A stretch of DNA of 58,790 nt, the filler included, from Sphacelaria rigidula (Eukaryota): assembly GCA_964200075.2 (NCBI GenBank). It is 10 parts of 10 records of this genome, joined end to end, with 100 filler letters (N's around TTAATTAATTAA, not from the genome) between each part and the next. Parts side by side here need not be neighbours in the genome. Positions count along the whole stretch, not along the records: positions 35,335 to 41,123 come from CAXNAA020024454.1; positions 41,224 to 47,012 come from CAXNAA020024455.1; positions 47,113 to 52,901 come from CAXNAA020024456.1; 7 more parts are not named here. One strand, 5' to 3'. The notes beneath the pieces were generated by a model. That model ran no database searches. It saw only the letters and a program-made list of their open reading frames with translations, and was not told the origin of the DNA. A program made the translations under genes and the position numbers. This document shows, piece after piece, positions 37,228-49,217 of this stretch. How positions within the stretch are numbered: position 1 is the first letter of the stretch; each line of letters opens with the position of its first letter.

Positions 37228-37490
37228 CTCGTGAAGCGAGGAAGTAGGTGTATGGTGTATATGTGCGTTGAACAACGGTTACATCGGCGAAGGATATTTT
37301 TTGGTATACTACACATCACCTCAGCACGGAAACGGGTATCATCTTGGGCACTGGGCTTGGAAAGAGCTCTTGGTTGTATGGTGCGGGTACAGAGCGGCAA
37401 CAGAATTATCTTGTGCACGATGACGGGCACGTGCAAGATTTTCTCGTCCATAGAGTGAATTCAACGGAACCAAAAACGGGAGGGTACTTC

Positions 37491-37601
37491 CTAGGATTCA
37501 CCACTACCACCCAGGACCCCAAGATCGGTATGGTAGCCCTTTGCGAGTATACCATAGACGAGTCGAGCGTATCTTCCCGCGATGTTCTCCTTAGCTACGG
37601 A
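37491..37601 (-). CDS. Probable terminal exon of the unknown gene with exon 38084-38616
   Basis: AAGCAG| phase-0 acceptor matches the upstream phase-0 donor. SVAKENIAGRYARLVYGILAKGYHTDLGVLGGSGES*. Confidence 0.45.
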   Translation of the reverse strand, partial: SVAKENIAGRYARLVYGILAKGYHTDLGVLGGSGES

Positions 37602-38083
37602 CTGCTTGGTATTTGTTTGTTGACATGCGAGATACCCGCGCGACACGTGTGGAGGGTGCGCACAACACGAACACGCCTCCATACAAACCTGCCACTGTAA
37701 ACGTAAAATTTACTGCGTGGATTTTACTTTCATTCGCAGGCTCAAAAGAGTGCGTCACAACCAGCAGCACCGCGAGAAATGTTCGGTAGGCATGCAGACA
37801 GGACTTGAGGGAGCAAACCAACTGCCATTGCGCAGCACCGAGTCAGCAGTCAGCGCTGCAATCACGTCAAATAATAAGTAAACACACACACACACTGAGC
37901 CTAGGAACAACATGGGTCTGCGTCGAATAAACGAAAGGCAAGAGGAGAGGAAAAAAAGAGGAAGTAAACGTGTCTCTCCATTCGGCTGTAAAATAAAAAA
38001 CGAAAATGAAGAAAAATACAGAAAAATACAGAAAAAAGAAAGAAAGAAGAAAGAAGAAAGAAGAAGAAGGGAGAAATAATTAC

Positions 38084-38616
38084 CTCTCCGTCTGACCTCC
38101 ATCTAATTTCCTCCTCCTCTGCAGAGCTAATGTCTCCCACATCCCAAGGGTCAGGAAATGGCGGCCGCAGCAGCTGCTGCTGCTGTGCTACTACTACTCG
38201 AGTCGACTCATGCCGGTCACCCTCTCCACCCCCCGCGACGCCGCCGTCGCCGAGTTCGACATCAAATTTACCACCGCGCCGCCGTGGGGTCGACAGCTGA
38301 CCCCTCCTGCTGTTGCTAGAACACGCAAAATCGCTCCGCTCTGCTCCCTCGAGCTCTATCGACCTATGTACACAGCGGCGGCGGCGGCGGCAACTGCAGC
38401 TGTCACTAGTGCCGCCATTGCGATCACCGCTTGAACAGGTTGATCTGCTGGAGCCCACGCTTCTCGACAGAGGGCTGGGTGGTGTCATCGCCTCCGTGTT
38501 GGTGGATTGGTCCATGGAGTACCGTTGTTTTTGGTACGGGGTTTCCCATCGTATTCCGTCGTCGGACCGCACCCCCTCCTGTCCCTCGAGATATTGATCA
38601 TCCATACGTCCGCTCT
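38084..38616 (-). CDS. Internal exon of an unknown, largely disordered protein
   Basis: CTCAG| acceptor, open GC-rich frame (SGRMDDQYLEG...EIRWRSDGE) and GAG|GTAATT donor. Confidence 0.65.
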
Positions 38617-40384
38617 CTGAGATTGATTGCGGGTAACAAGTGGGGTGATCGAGGAAGAGACCGGGTGCATCCATGCAAGCAACCGGGGAATAAGCCAGAA
38701 AAGCAGGGCGGAACGAGAGGGGGGCGGAGGAGATGGGAACGCGTACTGTAGCCGATTGGGGGTGTACTCACGATCATGCATGCCACAGTCAAAAGATCAT
38801 TGTAGCTGGTGGGGGGGGGTGGGAGGAAATGTATAGAATAAAAACAAGAACTCGAGGGCCTTGTTGAGAGAAGACAAAAAAAAACTGTGATTCATGAATT
38901 TATGGACTGCTCCTTCAGAGGGATGCTCCTTCCGTGCGAGAGCTGCCTGAGCACAGTGATCCGTAGTGAGCGACGGCAATTCTTCGTGCCAAGTACCTAC
39001 CTTGTGCTTAGGTGAAGTGAACGGACGGATGCAAGAGTGGGAAAGATAAAAATATAATTGGGCAAGGAGTGACTGCTTACGACTGCACCAAGGGGCGCAA
39101 AACGCCTTGTAGTAATACCACATTACCTACCGTTACTCACGTTTTTTTCAATATATATATATATATGTTTCATTTTTTATAGGGTAAAATAGAATGCACG
39201 GAACGCACACAGACACAAGACACAGGTACACATAGTTGGTGCATCAAAATATCCCATTAGACGTACCGACTAGAGAGAGAGAGTCGGGGTCCTTCGATGT
39301 TCCCCCGCGCCCTCTCGAGGACACCTGGCCGGAAAAGCAGTCGAAGCAGATCCAAACAGACAACGGTGAACGCGATGAACAAGAACGATATACGAGCCAA
39401 TTTTTACATCAGGAGGGGGGGGAGGGGGTGTACTCGTATGACTCTGCATGAAGTAGTCATGAGACAATTGACACCGCATCCCTCGAGAGCCGGGACGGAG
39501 CACGGCGGGTTTTCACCGGACCAGGCTCGCTATCACCAAGCGCGAAGCATGAGAAGGGGGGAAGGGCGGGCTCCCGCAATAATTTATTTCCCAAGCTACT
39601 TCGATCCAGATCCTCACCGTGGGCGTGCGACCACTCGTCTGTATCTCGTACCTGCGCTGTGTCCTGCTGCCTCTGCGTCCCTTCTCAGGTAAAGTTCATG
39701 AGTTATTGAGAGTGCTTCAGAAGAGGTCACAGCACTTCGGTAGGAGACTGCTTTGTGTAAAGTACGAATCTGCCACCTAAGATACTGAATCATCTGCTAG
39801 ACCTGTGCTTTGTGGCGGAGAGGGATGCTGCGGCTGCAGTGTCGATACACTACAAAGTAATCTATCGGCAAACTGCTTCCCCTATCATGGTGTTTCTCAA
39901 TCGTGTAGCCTCACTCTTGCTCCTCTACAAAACTGCAGGCCATACGACTGCGACAAGTTTGATTACGGACCTCAAGGTATAAGCTGCCACCCACGGTGAA
40001 TTTCACAAGAACAGGTGAGGCAGTGGAACTGTCCAGTGGTACAAAACGTATTTGATACTTCAAACACGCACACACACACACGCGCGCGCGCGCGCGTGCG
40101 ATGCACAAGCACTATTTCTGAGACTTCATCAACCCCTCCCTCATGAGACTGTGATTGGATCATGACCCTTGTTGTCTCTCACTTCACTACTCCCGTGCTT
40201 AACCCTTATCTTATAGGAGGGGGGGAAAGGTGTGTGTGTGTACCCACTATCATGGATGCCATAGTTACGTGACCATCGACCTCGCATCCCTACAAAGCCG
40301 GGACGGGACGGGGCGGCGAATTGAAAACCAGCGTAGGACTGGAATCCGACACGGAAAAGTACAAGGGGTAAAGTGAAACTCCCA

Positions 40385-40945
40385 AGCTTGTGTTCTGTAG
40401 GGTACGGTTTTCTGTATACCCGGGGTATTTTGCCGGGTATTCGCCGTACCCGACAATTATGTAAACTCTGTAAGATTTCCATACCGGTACCCGACAGTTC
40501 TGAAATCTCTGTAAGACTTTCATATCCTTACCCGATAGTTCTGTAATCTCTTCAAGACTTTCGTACCGTTACCGGGGGGCACGGATATGCTCTTGATAAG
40601 ATACCTGATTGCGGGTACGATCTTCTGTGCACCTCCATACCCTCACCCGAGGGTTCCGTGAGTTCTGTACAGAACGTTTACCCGTACCCGGAGCGCGGGT
40701 ATGCTCTTCAAGAGATATCCGATTGCCGGTGCCGGTTTTCTGTAAGACTCCCATACCGGTACTGGTACTCCACAAGTTCTAAAATTTCTGTAAGACTTTC
40801 ATCCAGTATCGGTACCCTACGGTTTTGTGAGCTCTGTAAGCCTCCCCTACCCCTACCCGCGGTTTGGTTCTATTGTACTCTTATAGATATACCCGATTGC
40901 AGGTATGAGCACAGGTATGTACCTCGGGGAGGTACGGATATAGGT
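40385..40945. repeat. Degenerate repeat block built from TACCCG/GGTAC and TCTGTAAGA motifs
   Basis: Dense irregular recurrence of CTCTGTAAGACTTTC and TACCCG(T)ACC. Probably TE subterminal repeats. Confidence 0.7.
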
Positions 40946-41223
40946 TCAATCCCAACACAACCTCATGACATCACCTCCCATCGATCAACCCAAGGGGCCT
41001 TACAGACTGACTGGAATACGTTATTCACCGCCCCCAATTCCCGAAAACCTCATTCTGGTCGACGGGTGGGGGGGGGGGGGGAGGGGCACCCCCATTTATG
41101 GAGGGGGGGAGTCCCCCGGGCCGNNNNNNNNNNNNNNNNNNNNNNNNNNNNNNNNNNNNNNNNNNNNTTAATTAATTAANNNNNNNNNNNNNNNNNNNNN
41201 NNNNNNNNNNNNNNNNNNNNNNN

Positions 41224-41687
41224 GTCGTCCCATCTACTCTGGATGCCGGTCTACACCTTTCGGTTTATGTGGGCGCACCAGCCGGGGTCACACAGGAGAA
41301 AGGACTACACAGTGTGAGGGGTTCAGCAGTCCCTTTCCCTCGTCGATCGTCAAGTCGAATTTTTGTGTACCCACGACATACCCACGACAGTCGCTCTCCA
41401 CTGTTGGGCACGTTGTGAGAAAAAATCCCAGATCGCTGCGAGATTTGAAGCCGCGACCCAACAGTCAGAAAGTTTCACACCTGAGATAATATATGGTCAA
41501 TAGATGAAAATAGACGAGAAGTGTACTGCAAAAAGTGTAGGCCTATTGCAACTATTGCCGGCCGACAATAGTCGCAATAGGCCTATACTCTATGCAGTAC
41601 GTTTCTTGTCTATTGCATCCATTGACCATATATTGTCCGAGGTGTGGAAGGTTTCGAGGTTACCAACTGAGCCACCGGGGCGACCGG
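41224..41687 (-). mobile_element. tRNA-derived SINE, copy 1, interrupted by a hairpin MITE
   Basis: Minus-strand 5' end CCGGTCGCCCCGGTGGCTCAGTTGGTAAC (A box TGGCTCAGTTGG). Body colinear with the copy at 41957-42292. Confidence 0.75.
41476..41646. mobile_element. 171-bp fully palindromic MITE with 8-bp TSD (hAT-like)
   Basis: CACACCT...AATATATGGTCAAT...AGGCCTATTGC.ACTATTG|CCGGCCGA|CAATAGTCGCAATAGGCCT...ATTGACCATATATT...AGGTGTG. TSD GAAAGTTT / GAAGGTTT. Confidence 0.88.
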
Positions 41688-41956
41688 AAATTACCATGCT
41701 CAAATATCAACAAGAGCTGTCAAAATATTTCTAGGGACAATGCTGTGAGTGCTGCACAGATATCGGAACGGTTCTTGAATGTGAACACAACAGCAATGCA
41801 CGCTGGTGATCGAAGTGGTACATCCGAACAACCCTTGAGCTGGAGCAAAAGGTTCGACTCCCAAACAGGGACAGTGCTATGCGTTTTTTTTCTTCTCAGG
41901 GGCCTTCGGTTCCCGCCATTGAACACGTCAGGGTGTAAGGGTGCCATGTGCGTGTG

Positions 41957-42292
41957 ACATCACCTCATCTGTTCTGGACGCCAGTCTACACTCCCCGGCA
42001 TATGAAGGCACATCAGCCCGGGTCTCACACAGGAGGAAGGTCAACACAGAAGTTGAATATTATTATTTCATTCGTAGTATCCTACTATCCTTCTGTCGCG
42101 AGCAGGGTTCAGCGGTTCCTTTCCCCCGTTGACCGTGGAGTCGAACGTTGTCTGCCTTCGACATGGTCGCTCTCCACTGTTGGGCATGATGAGAGAAAAA
42201 ATCGAGAACCGACATGACTTCATCGACATTCGAACCCACGTCCCGACCGTCAAAAGGCTTTCACGTTACCATCTGAGCCCCCACGGCAACCG
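41957..42292 (-). mobile_element. tRNA-derived SINE, copy 2
   Basis: Minus-strand GGCTCAGATGGTAAC (A box) and GGGTTCGAATG (B box). Shares CGCTCTCCACTGTTGGGCA and CACACAGGAG with copy 1. Confidence 0.75.
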
Positions 42293-44036
42293 TTTTTCAT
42301 GACGTCAGTAGTACAGTGAACGTTACTGATATTCGTCGCGGTGTGGGAATGCTGATCCAATTCGCGGCATCTCAAACTGTCAGGCGCACCCCTGGGGGAG
42401 AGTCGGGTTAGTTGATGCTTCGAGACTGCGGATTCGTCCCGTGGGAGGAGAAACGTCGAAGAAAGGAGGGAAAATGAAAATAAAAATAAATAAACACGAA
42501 TTTAGTTCAGATGAAAGCTGGGGGGGGGGGGGGGGGGGGATTACCCTTAAAAAAGGGAGGGGGATACCCTTGAAGAAGTACAAGGGGGAAGAGAAGGTGT
42601 ATGCCGGGAGGTAGCCNNNNNNNNNNGGAGAGGGAAGAAAGAAAAGAAAAAGAAAAAAAAAAAAAAAAAAAAGAAAAAAAGGGTTGGTGGTGGGGGAGGG
42701 GGGGGGGGGGGGGGGGGGGGGGGAATACTCTCTAATAAGGGAGTGAGAACACGCTTGACATGCTCAAGGGGGTACATGATGTCTATGCCGAGAAGCAGCC
42801 CATGTATGAAATTTCTGGGGCATATTCAATGTATAAATTGCGGTACATGTGCTCCGGGACGAGAGGGCTCGGTCTCACAATCCTCGAGGGCACCTGCCAC
42901 AAAACCTCGTCTCACCCGACAAAAGAAAATGTACAAAACAGACTACCACAAACGGAATGCGCTACGCTAAGGAATAAAACAATCTTCGACTCGTGATTAA
43001 TAATAGTCGATAACAGTAACAAAATTTGCTCACGGAGGGGTGGGGGTACTCGTGATTTTGCATGCCATAGTCATAAGACCACTGACCTCGCATAAGACGT
43101 GCGACGGCGATATTCCCGGTGTGGGGGCCAAAAACTGGGTCAAATGTTCCAAAACTGAAAAATCTAGTCAAAAACAAGAACCAACCGCAAGAAACCGTCT
43201 CGCAAACATCAAATTGGCGAACCACGCAGAGCATTAATATTGGTCGTGCCTTTTTGGGGGGAGGGGGCAGGCGTACAGTTTCCAGTTCATTCTCGCCGTT
43301 CAACTTCCGCAATTGATAGCAGAGCAAGTGTCTCAAACATTCGGGCGGGCTACCGAGAGCATGAAGTGTAGACGATTTCATTGGCAAAACGCGTACTGCG
43401 TACAGTACGAATATTCTGTCATTTGCATCAGAGAATACATTCTACATTGTGCGCAGGACACAGCTTTACTAATGCAATCTGAGTATTGTCCAGGGTGTAA
43501 AATCTGCACCCCCTTGGGTTTTTGCCACTCTTGAGTCATACCAGTGTTTGTGTCTCGCTGCTGTAGATGCAGAGCTAACGGATTGAGAGTTCCTGCCCAT
43601 GGACCGAGGTCCCGAGCTAGCTGAGTCGTAACCTGACTCAACGGAGATGCCTTTTGTACAACTCCCTCATACGAAGCCCCGGCGGGGGGAGCCTGCCCTA
43701 GCGTTTCCAAGTATCTGTATCGGCTCTGAGCCTGGCGTTTCCCCCATTCCCCACGGTTCTCTTCCATTCCATTCCATTATATTCTGTTATTTTTCGGTTT
43801 TCCTTTTCGCTCGAGTTTCTTTAGCGAGCATTTCCGCTTACTTGCTAAACTTGGGCACCTCGACCTCATGAAAAGCAACGTTAGGATTCGTAGAGGATCA
43901 CGTAAAGCGCGGCAATCGATTGATCCATCACTCAACCAGAAGAGCGAATTCAGGGTACAACACGCCCATCAAGAGCGATGTAACTCTTCTCCCCACTCCA
44001 GAAAAACCAAGCACCACTTCGGCTGGCTGCACCCAC

Positions 44037-44756
44037 CTCTTCCTCTTCCTCAGATCCTTCCTCCTCGTATCTCCCGCCGCGCCGGGCACGTCGCCCAGCA
44101 CCACCGGCCTCTTCTCCCCCGCCCCCGCCTCGCCCCTCGTCCTCATTCCTACCCTTGTCCCTGTTCTTTGCTGAACCACCCTTGCCACCCCGGCCACCAT
44201 CCAATTCCAGCTCTTCCTCCTCGCTGCTACCTTCACTATCGTCGTCGTCGTCGTCGTCACTATCGCTACCGTCCAAGCTCTCGGCAAGGACAGAGTCGGT
44301 GTCGATATCTTCGTCCGTCGCGCACCTCAGCCGAATTCTTCTCCCCTTCTTCTTTTTCTTCGCCCGTTCCCCCTCCTCGTCCACCCACTCCTCGCCCTCA
44401 CTTTCACTACCTCCAGCATCCTCACCACCAGCATCCTCACCACCATCATCATCACCACCACCTTCCTCGCCAACGCTGCTATCCCCGCCGGATTCTGCAC
44501 CACTACCGGATTGCGCATCATCGGCGGATTTGCCGCCGTCGGCGGCCGACTTTTTCCCCCCTCGCCGCCGCCGGCCCGGTTTCGCCCCACTCCGTCCTCG
44601 GGACCCTCGATCGCCGGTTGGGCCGTCGCTGTCGCTGCTGTCAGATCCCGAAGAACCCGAATCCATGAGCATGTCTCTGTAGTTGACCCTCGGACGTCGT
44701 TGCGCTCGCGACGACGTCGGTGCTGCGGCTGCTGCTGTTGCTTCTCCTGCTGCTTC
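44037..44756 (-). CDS. Internal exon of a large acidic/basic low-complexity protein, probably nuclear
   Basis: GACAG| phase-0 acceptor. EAAGEATAAAAAPTSSRAQRRPRVNYRDMLMDSGSS...EEEEE with GAG|GTGGGT donor. In frame with the upstream exon. Confidence 0.7.
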
Positions 44757-45395
44757 CTGTCGGCATTATTGGAGGATGGCGTGGTGGGGCATGGCGTCGC
44801 ATGGTATGGGAGCGCGGATGATGCCAAAGGAGCGACGAAACATTGAACACACTACGACTGACTCTTGTCTACAAGATCATGGTGATAGTTGGGACGGGAT
44901 CGCGGTGCAAGCTTGAAAAAACATCAAGAGACCCATGTGCAAAAAAAAGGCCTCCAAAAATCACGATCTACCGTAATTCTGTCCGTCAGCCCCCCACGCG
45001 AAGTATGGAACGACTTTTGAGGTAAGGATACGTTTGCGGTCTAAATGTTTTTCAAATATGATGACACAGTGGTTGTAACACCGGAAGAAGAGAGAGGGAG
45101 AGGCGAAAAAAGAAAAATAAGTGTCCCGCTCCATCCGCATTACCGCACCCCTACCGCGCTCCCTTATGAAGCTTTCGCTGTAACCTTCGTATATTTTCTC
45201 CCCCTTCACCCCCCCCTCCCAAAGCAGCTGCCATCGCCTTCGTGAAAGTCTAGTCTAAACTGAAAACACCGCCGCGTGGTCACTCCATCACTCAATTCGT
45301 CGGCACGCTGGAAAGATCAGAGGTGGACAAGATTACAGCATGCGCCACGTACCATCAAACTACCGGCCGTCCCCGCCGACCCCGCCGTCACACAC

Positions 45396-46809
45396 CTCAT
45401 CAGACTCCCCCTCAACAGTATCCGTTTTCCTCCTGCGGACCTTAGAGGGCTTCCCCGTTTGGCTCTTCCTCCGGTTATCGGTGTTCCTCCCTTCCGGCGT
45501 ACGCTCCTCTCCTCGGTCATCCTCCACTCCCTCCTTCTCCGCCTTGTCCTCTTCCCCGTTCTCCTCCGCCGGCTTCCCCGTAGGCGTCGCGACCGTTTTC
45601 TTCTTTCGGGCCCGCTTGCGACGACCCCGTTTCTTCTTCGTGTCTGGTCCACTGCCCTCCACTCCTTCTTCACCCGTATCATCACGGACAAGGTTATCTC
45701 CTCCTCCCTTGCTCTCTTTACTTGCGTCTTCGGTATTCTCACTACGGTTATCATTAACATCATTATCGTCTGCACGGAGATCAACCACACCGCCGTCTCC
45801 CCTGGGGGATGACTCTTTCTTCTTCTTCTTCTTTTTCTTCTTTTTCTTCCTCTTGGTCTTGTCATCCGTCGCCTCGGCTACTTTCGGGGGAGCTGCCGTT
45901 GCCTTGCTAACTCTTGCGGATCGCCTCAAGACAACATCAGCGGCAGCACCCGCGGTATCCGCCGAAGGTGCCTCCCCATCTCCAGCCGCGACGCCAGCGT
46001 CTTCCTCGCTACCCGTATCCGAAGCGTCGGCGACAACACCTGGAACACGTGACTCCTCTCTCATCCCCTCCGATGATGCAGCCTTCTCCTTTCTCTTCTC
46101 TTTTTTCTTCGTCTTCTCCTTTTTCTTTTTCTGGTCCTTCCCGTCGGATTCAGAAGCATCTTCCTTCTTCTCGTCAGTGTTTTCATCCTTCCTCTTCTCC
46201 TTCTTTTTCTTCTTCTTTTTCTTCTTCTTCTTGCCCTCCTGTTGTTCCGAACGTCCTTCACCACCGTCCCTGCTCCCTGCCTTCTTCGACCTCGTGGCTA
46301 CAGCAGAACCCGCGCCGGGCTGAGCGGGCCCCGGAGCAGACACCACACTCATATCTTCAGAGCTGCTGCTGCTATCGCTCCCGCCAACATCACCACCATC
46401 ACTATTACCCGTAGAAGAAGACTCTACAACAACTGTATCAGTCTTGCCTTTCTTTTGTTTCCCCTTCGCACTACCAATACCGAATGATGCGCCAATTGTG
46501 AGCTGGATGGAAGACGGATTTCTCCTTCGTTGTGTACCGCTCCCTGTAAGGGTGGTTGCGTTGCGTCTCGACAGGCTGGTCACCCTGCCGTGTGCCGTAC
46601 CGCTCGACTGTTGCCAAGGGCTGCTCGTCGGGGGCCCGCGGCCGCGGCCGCCGTCGCCACGGGTGGGCTTACTTTTAGGTTCCGGGATGGTGGTGGCATT
46701 CTGGTCTGTGAGATCATCCCCTTCCCCTTCGGATTCGACGATGAAGTCGGCCATTTCGTCGTCATCGTCATCGTCATCGCCATCGTTCCCTTTTTTGTCG
46801 CCTGAGCGA
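45396..46809 (-). CDS. Large internal exon of the same protein (poly-K, D/E-rich, MADFIVE motif)
   Basis: 1.4-kb open frame. Acceptor at 46809 or 46801. GAG|GTGTGT phase-0 donor. Poly-Lys tracts resemble nuclear/nucleolar signals. Confidence 0.7.
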
Positions 46810-46929
46810 CTGGCGTCAGCCGTGAGAGTTTTTTGCAATAACGAGGGCAAACCGCCAAGCAAAAAAAAAGGAAAAGGGAAACACATCAAACATACACAAA
46901 CACATGCACGCACACACACGGGCGAAGGA

Positions 46930-47012
46930 GGGGGGGGGGGGCGTACTCATTTGTTGCTTGCCTTAGTCGTTTGACCATTGGCCACGCATCCCTTTCGAAA
47001 AGGAGCACCGTT
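46930..47012 (-). mobile_element. LINE 3'-end fragment with C-tail
   Basis: G-run followed by CGTACTCATTTGTTGCTTGCCTTAGTCGTTTGACCATTG. Confidence 0.9.
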
Positions 47013-47112
47013 NNNNNNNNNNNNNNNNNNNNNNNNNNNNNNNNNNNNNNNNNNNNTTAATTAATTAANNNNNNNNNNNNNNNNNNNNNNNNNNNNNNNN
47101 NNNNNNNNNNNN

Positions 47113-48835
47113 AGTTTCATATTTTTCGCAGCGTCCATGGGGCTATGCAAACATGCTCTCATCCCTATCCCCTCTCGCAACCACCCGTATATCTTCAGGT
47201 GTTTTTCCTCGTCTACGTTGCGTCTGAGCGCTCCTTTCCTCCTTATTTCTATCATAACTCTTACTTTTGTCCTTAACCTATGGACAGTATTTTGTCTTGG
47301 CTTCCGCCCATCTCCTTTCACACTTTCTCGATCTCTCTACCCCACCTTATTCCAGTCTGCCCTTTCGTACTTTTCCTCCATACAGCCTTATCAACTATAG
47401 CTGGCAATCTCTTTCTCTGCATGTTCTTTAAGCTACATTGCCATCGCAATTTCCACATGTCTCTGTTCGTTTTAAGTGAGTACATTCCCAACCCTGCTCT
47501 CAAAACTGTATTACTTGTCGTTTTCGAGCATCCAAGTATTTTCTCAGCTGCTGCCACCTGTACTGTTTCCCACTTCTCCACCAACTTCACGTTCCCCTCC
47601 CATACTTTTCCTGCATATTCCAGCTTTGGTACGATCACGCTCATCAGGATACATCTCTTGATCCTGGTGTATGGGTGCGGGTCTCTGAGGATCACGTCTA
47701 TTCTGCTTATCTGTGCCCCACCCATTTTCTATTGCTTTGTTAGTGTGTGCACCCCAATAGCAGTATTTCCAGATCTCTACGCCAAGGTATGTATACTGGT
47801 CTACGATCGGCAGTTCCTCTGCTCCCCACTTCCATTTGAACTCTACCGGTTTTTTCTCACAGTAGTGGGCGATCTAACTATTTCGGGGTGTTCTGGGGGT
47901 TTTCCTCACGTACTACTCTTTAATAGAACTTGAAATTGCTAGCGTCGGTAGACTTCGGTACAACAAAGTAGATCATCCTCGAAACACAGCGCCCAAGCCA
48001 GTGTTAGTTGGTGTTATCGGGCGAAACGAGTAAATACCCCGTTCATGAGGAGGGTGTTATTGACCGTGAAACACAGTTTTTCGGCCCCAGTACAACGAGT
48101 GGGCGGAATTTCGAAAAAATTTAACTGCAAATTCCTTTACAAATATGATCGGGACGGGCTCGATTCACCGAAATTGCAGAAGAGTCAGTATCTGGGCTGA
48201 AACTTGGCAGGACCCCCGATGACCGGTCAGCCCGTAAGTCATTCAATATTGAGTACCGATGATTTTTTCTTCTTGGAATGTGGAGCGGATGAAAACATCT
48301 TCAGATGCCCGATGTGACAAGCGGTGGCAAGCGAAAAGAGCCCAAGAAAATCGCCAATTACAAAAAAATCACAACATGCCAAAAAACGATTAGTTAAACC
48401 GCCCAATAATATATCTTTTTTACAGAGGAGCACCGCGCATTTGTTGACGTTCGGTGTCACTCTCCATTTCCTAGTGTATNNNNNNNNNNCGCCTTGTCTA
48501 TCTGTGTCTGTCACCCTTGTGCTGTTCCTGAAATCCCCACAAAGTCATCCGCGAACATCAATCCTGATACCACATCTTTACCCACCTTGACCCCTTGCTT
48601 TGCTGCTTCTATTGCTATTATCAGGTCATTGATAAATACCTTGAATCGTGTTACGGTTTGACCTAAATCCTGCTTGCCCCTCGCTGATTTTTTGTTTTCC
48701 TCTTTTAGCATCGTTCTTACTCTATCTTTCAGAATCCTACAGAATGCTTTCCCTGCCGTACTCAGTAGCGTTATCCCTCTATAATTTCCTGGGTCAGCCT
48801 TGTCTTTTTTTTTAATGGACTCCTCCTTTTCTCCA
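47113..48835 (-). mobile_element. Degenerate LINE fragment (RT region) interrupted by a mariner-type MITE
   Basis: ADPGNYRGITLLS, SGLMFADDFVGISGT and VPKLEYAG..WEGN. Colinear with 35705-37227. Confidence 0.92.
47860..48411. mobile_element. Tc1/mariner-type MITE, inverted homologue of 15209-15757
   Basis: CAGTAGTGGGCGATCTAACTATT ... TAGTTAAACCGCCCAATAATA. LINE sequence is continuous across it. Confidence 0.88.
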
Positions 48836-48976
48836 CCTCTTGGGTGTGTACTCGTTTCCCCACATCCAGTTGTACAGCATAACCATCGTGGTCATCATTC
48901 CTTCTCCCCCGTACTTCAGAAAATCATTCAATTTCTCGTCTGCCCCTGCTGTCGGACCGTTGATGATACGATACAG

Positions 48977-49217
48977 GTGTCAATGGTCGGACCACAATTT
49001 CATGGATACGCCGTGCGGGATCATGGACCAGTTCGTGTCCGCTCTTGCCCAAAAAAACGCCACCCTCCTCGTGGACTGCCGGAGCAATTCCTTTGAAGCG
49101 GTGCCCCTCGACGACCCCGACGTGGCGTTTGTTGTCGCCAATACCGGCATAAGGCACAAGAATTCAGACGGGGCGTACGCAGAGAGGGTACGGCAGTGCC
49201 GGGAGGCAGTGCAAGCG
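48977..49217 (+). CDS. galK: Galactokinase (GHMP kinase) internal exon
   Basis: ATACAG| acceptor and GCG|GTGAGA donor. CQWSDHNFMDTPCGIMDQFVSA...LLVDCRS...ANTG..H....AY.ER..QC contains the galactokinase PCGIMDQ and DCRS motifs. Confidence 0.9.

Noticed and set aside
37325..37530. + strand exon TETGIILGTGLGKSSWLYG...
   Set aside because: It has no recognisable homology and no partner exons, and it overlaps the better-supported minus-strand terminal exon.
42500..42730. Purine-only G/A tracts as G-quadruplex or triplex elements (also the pyrimidine tract at 52125-52310)
   Set aside because: They look like low-quality base calls next to long homopolymers and an N gap.
43868..46323. Long + strand ORFs rich in S/F/P/H
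   Set aside because: They are antisense shadows of the acidic/Lys-rich minus-strand exons.
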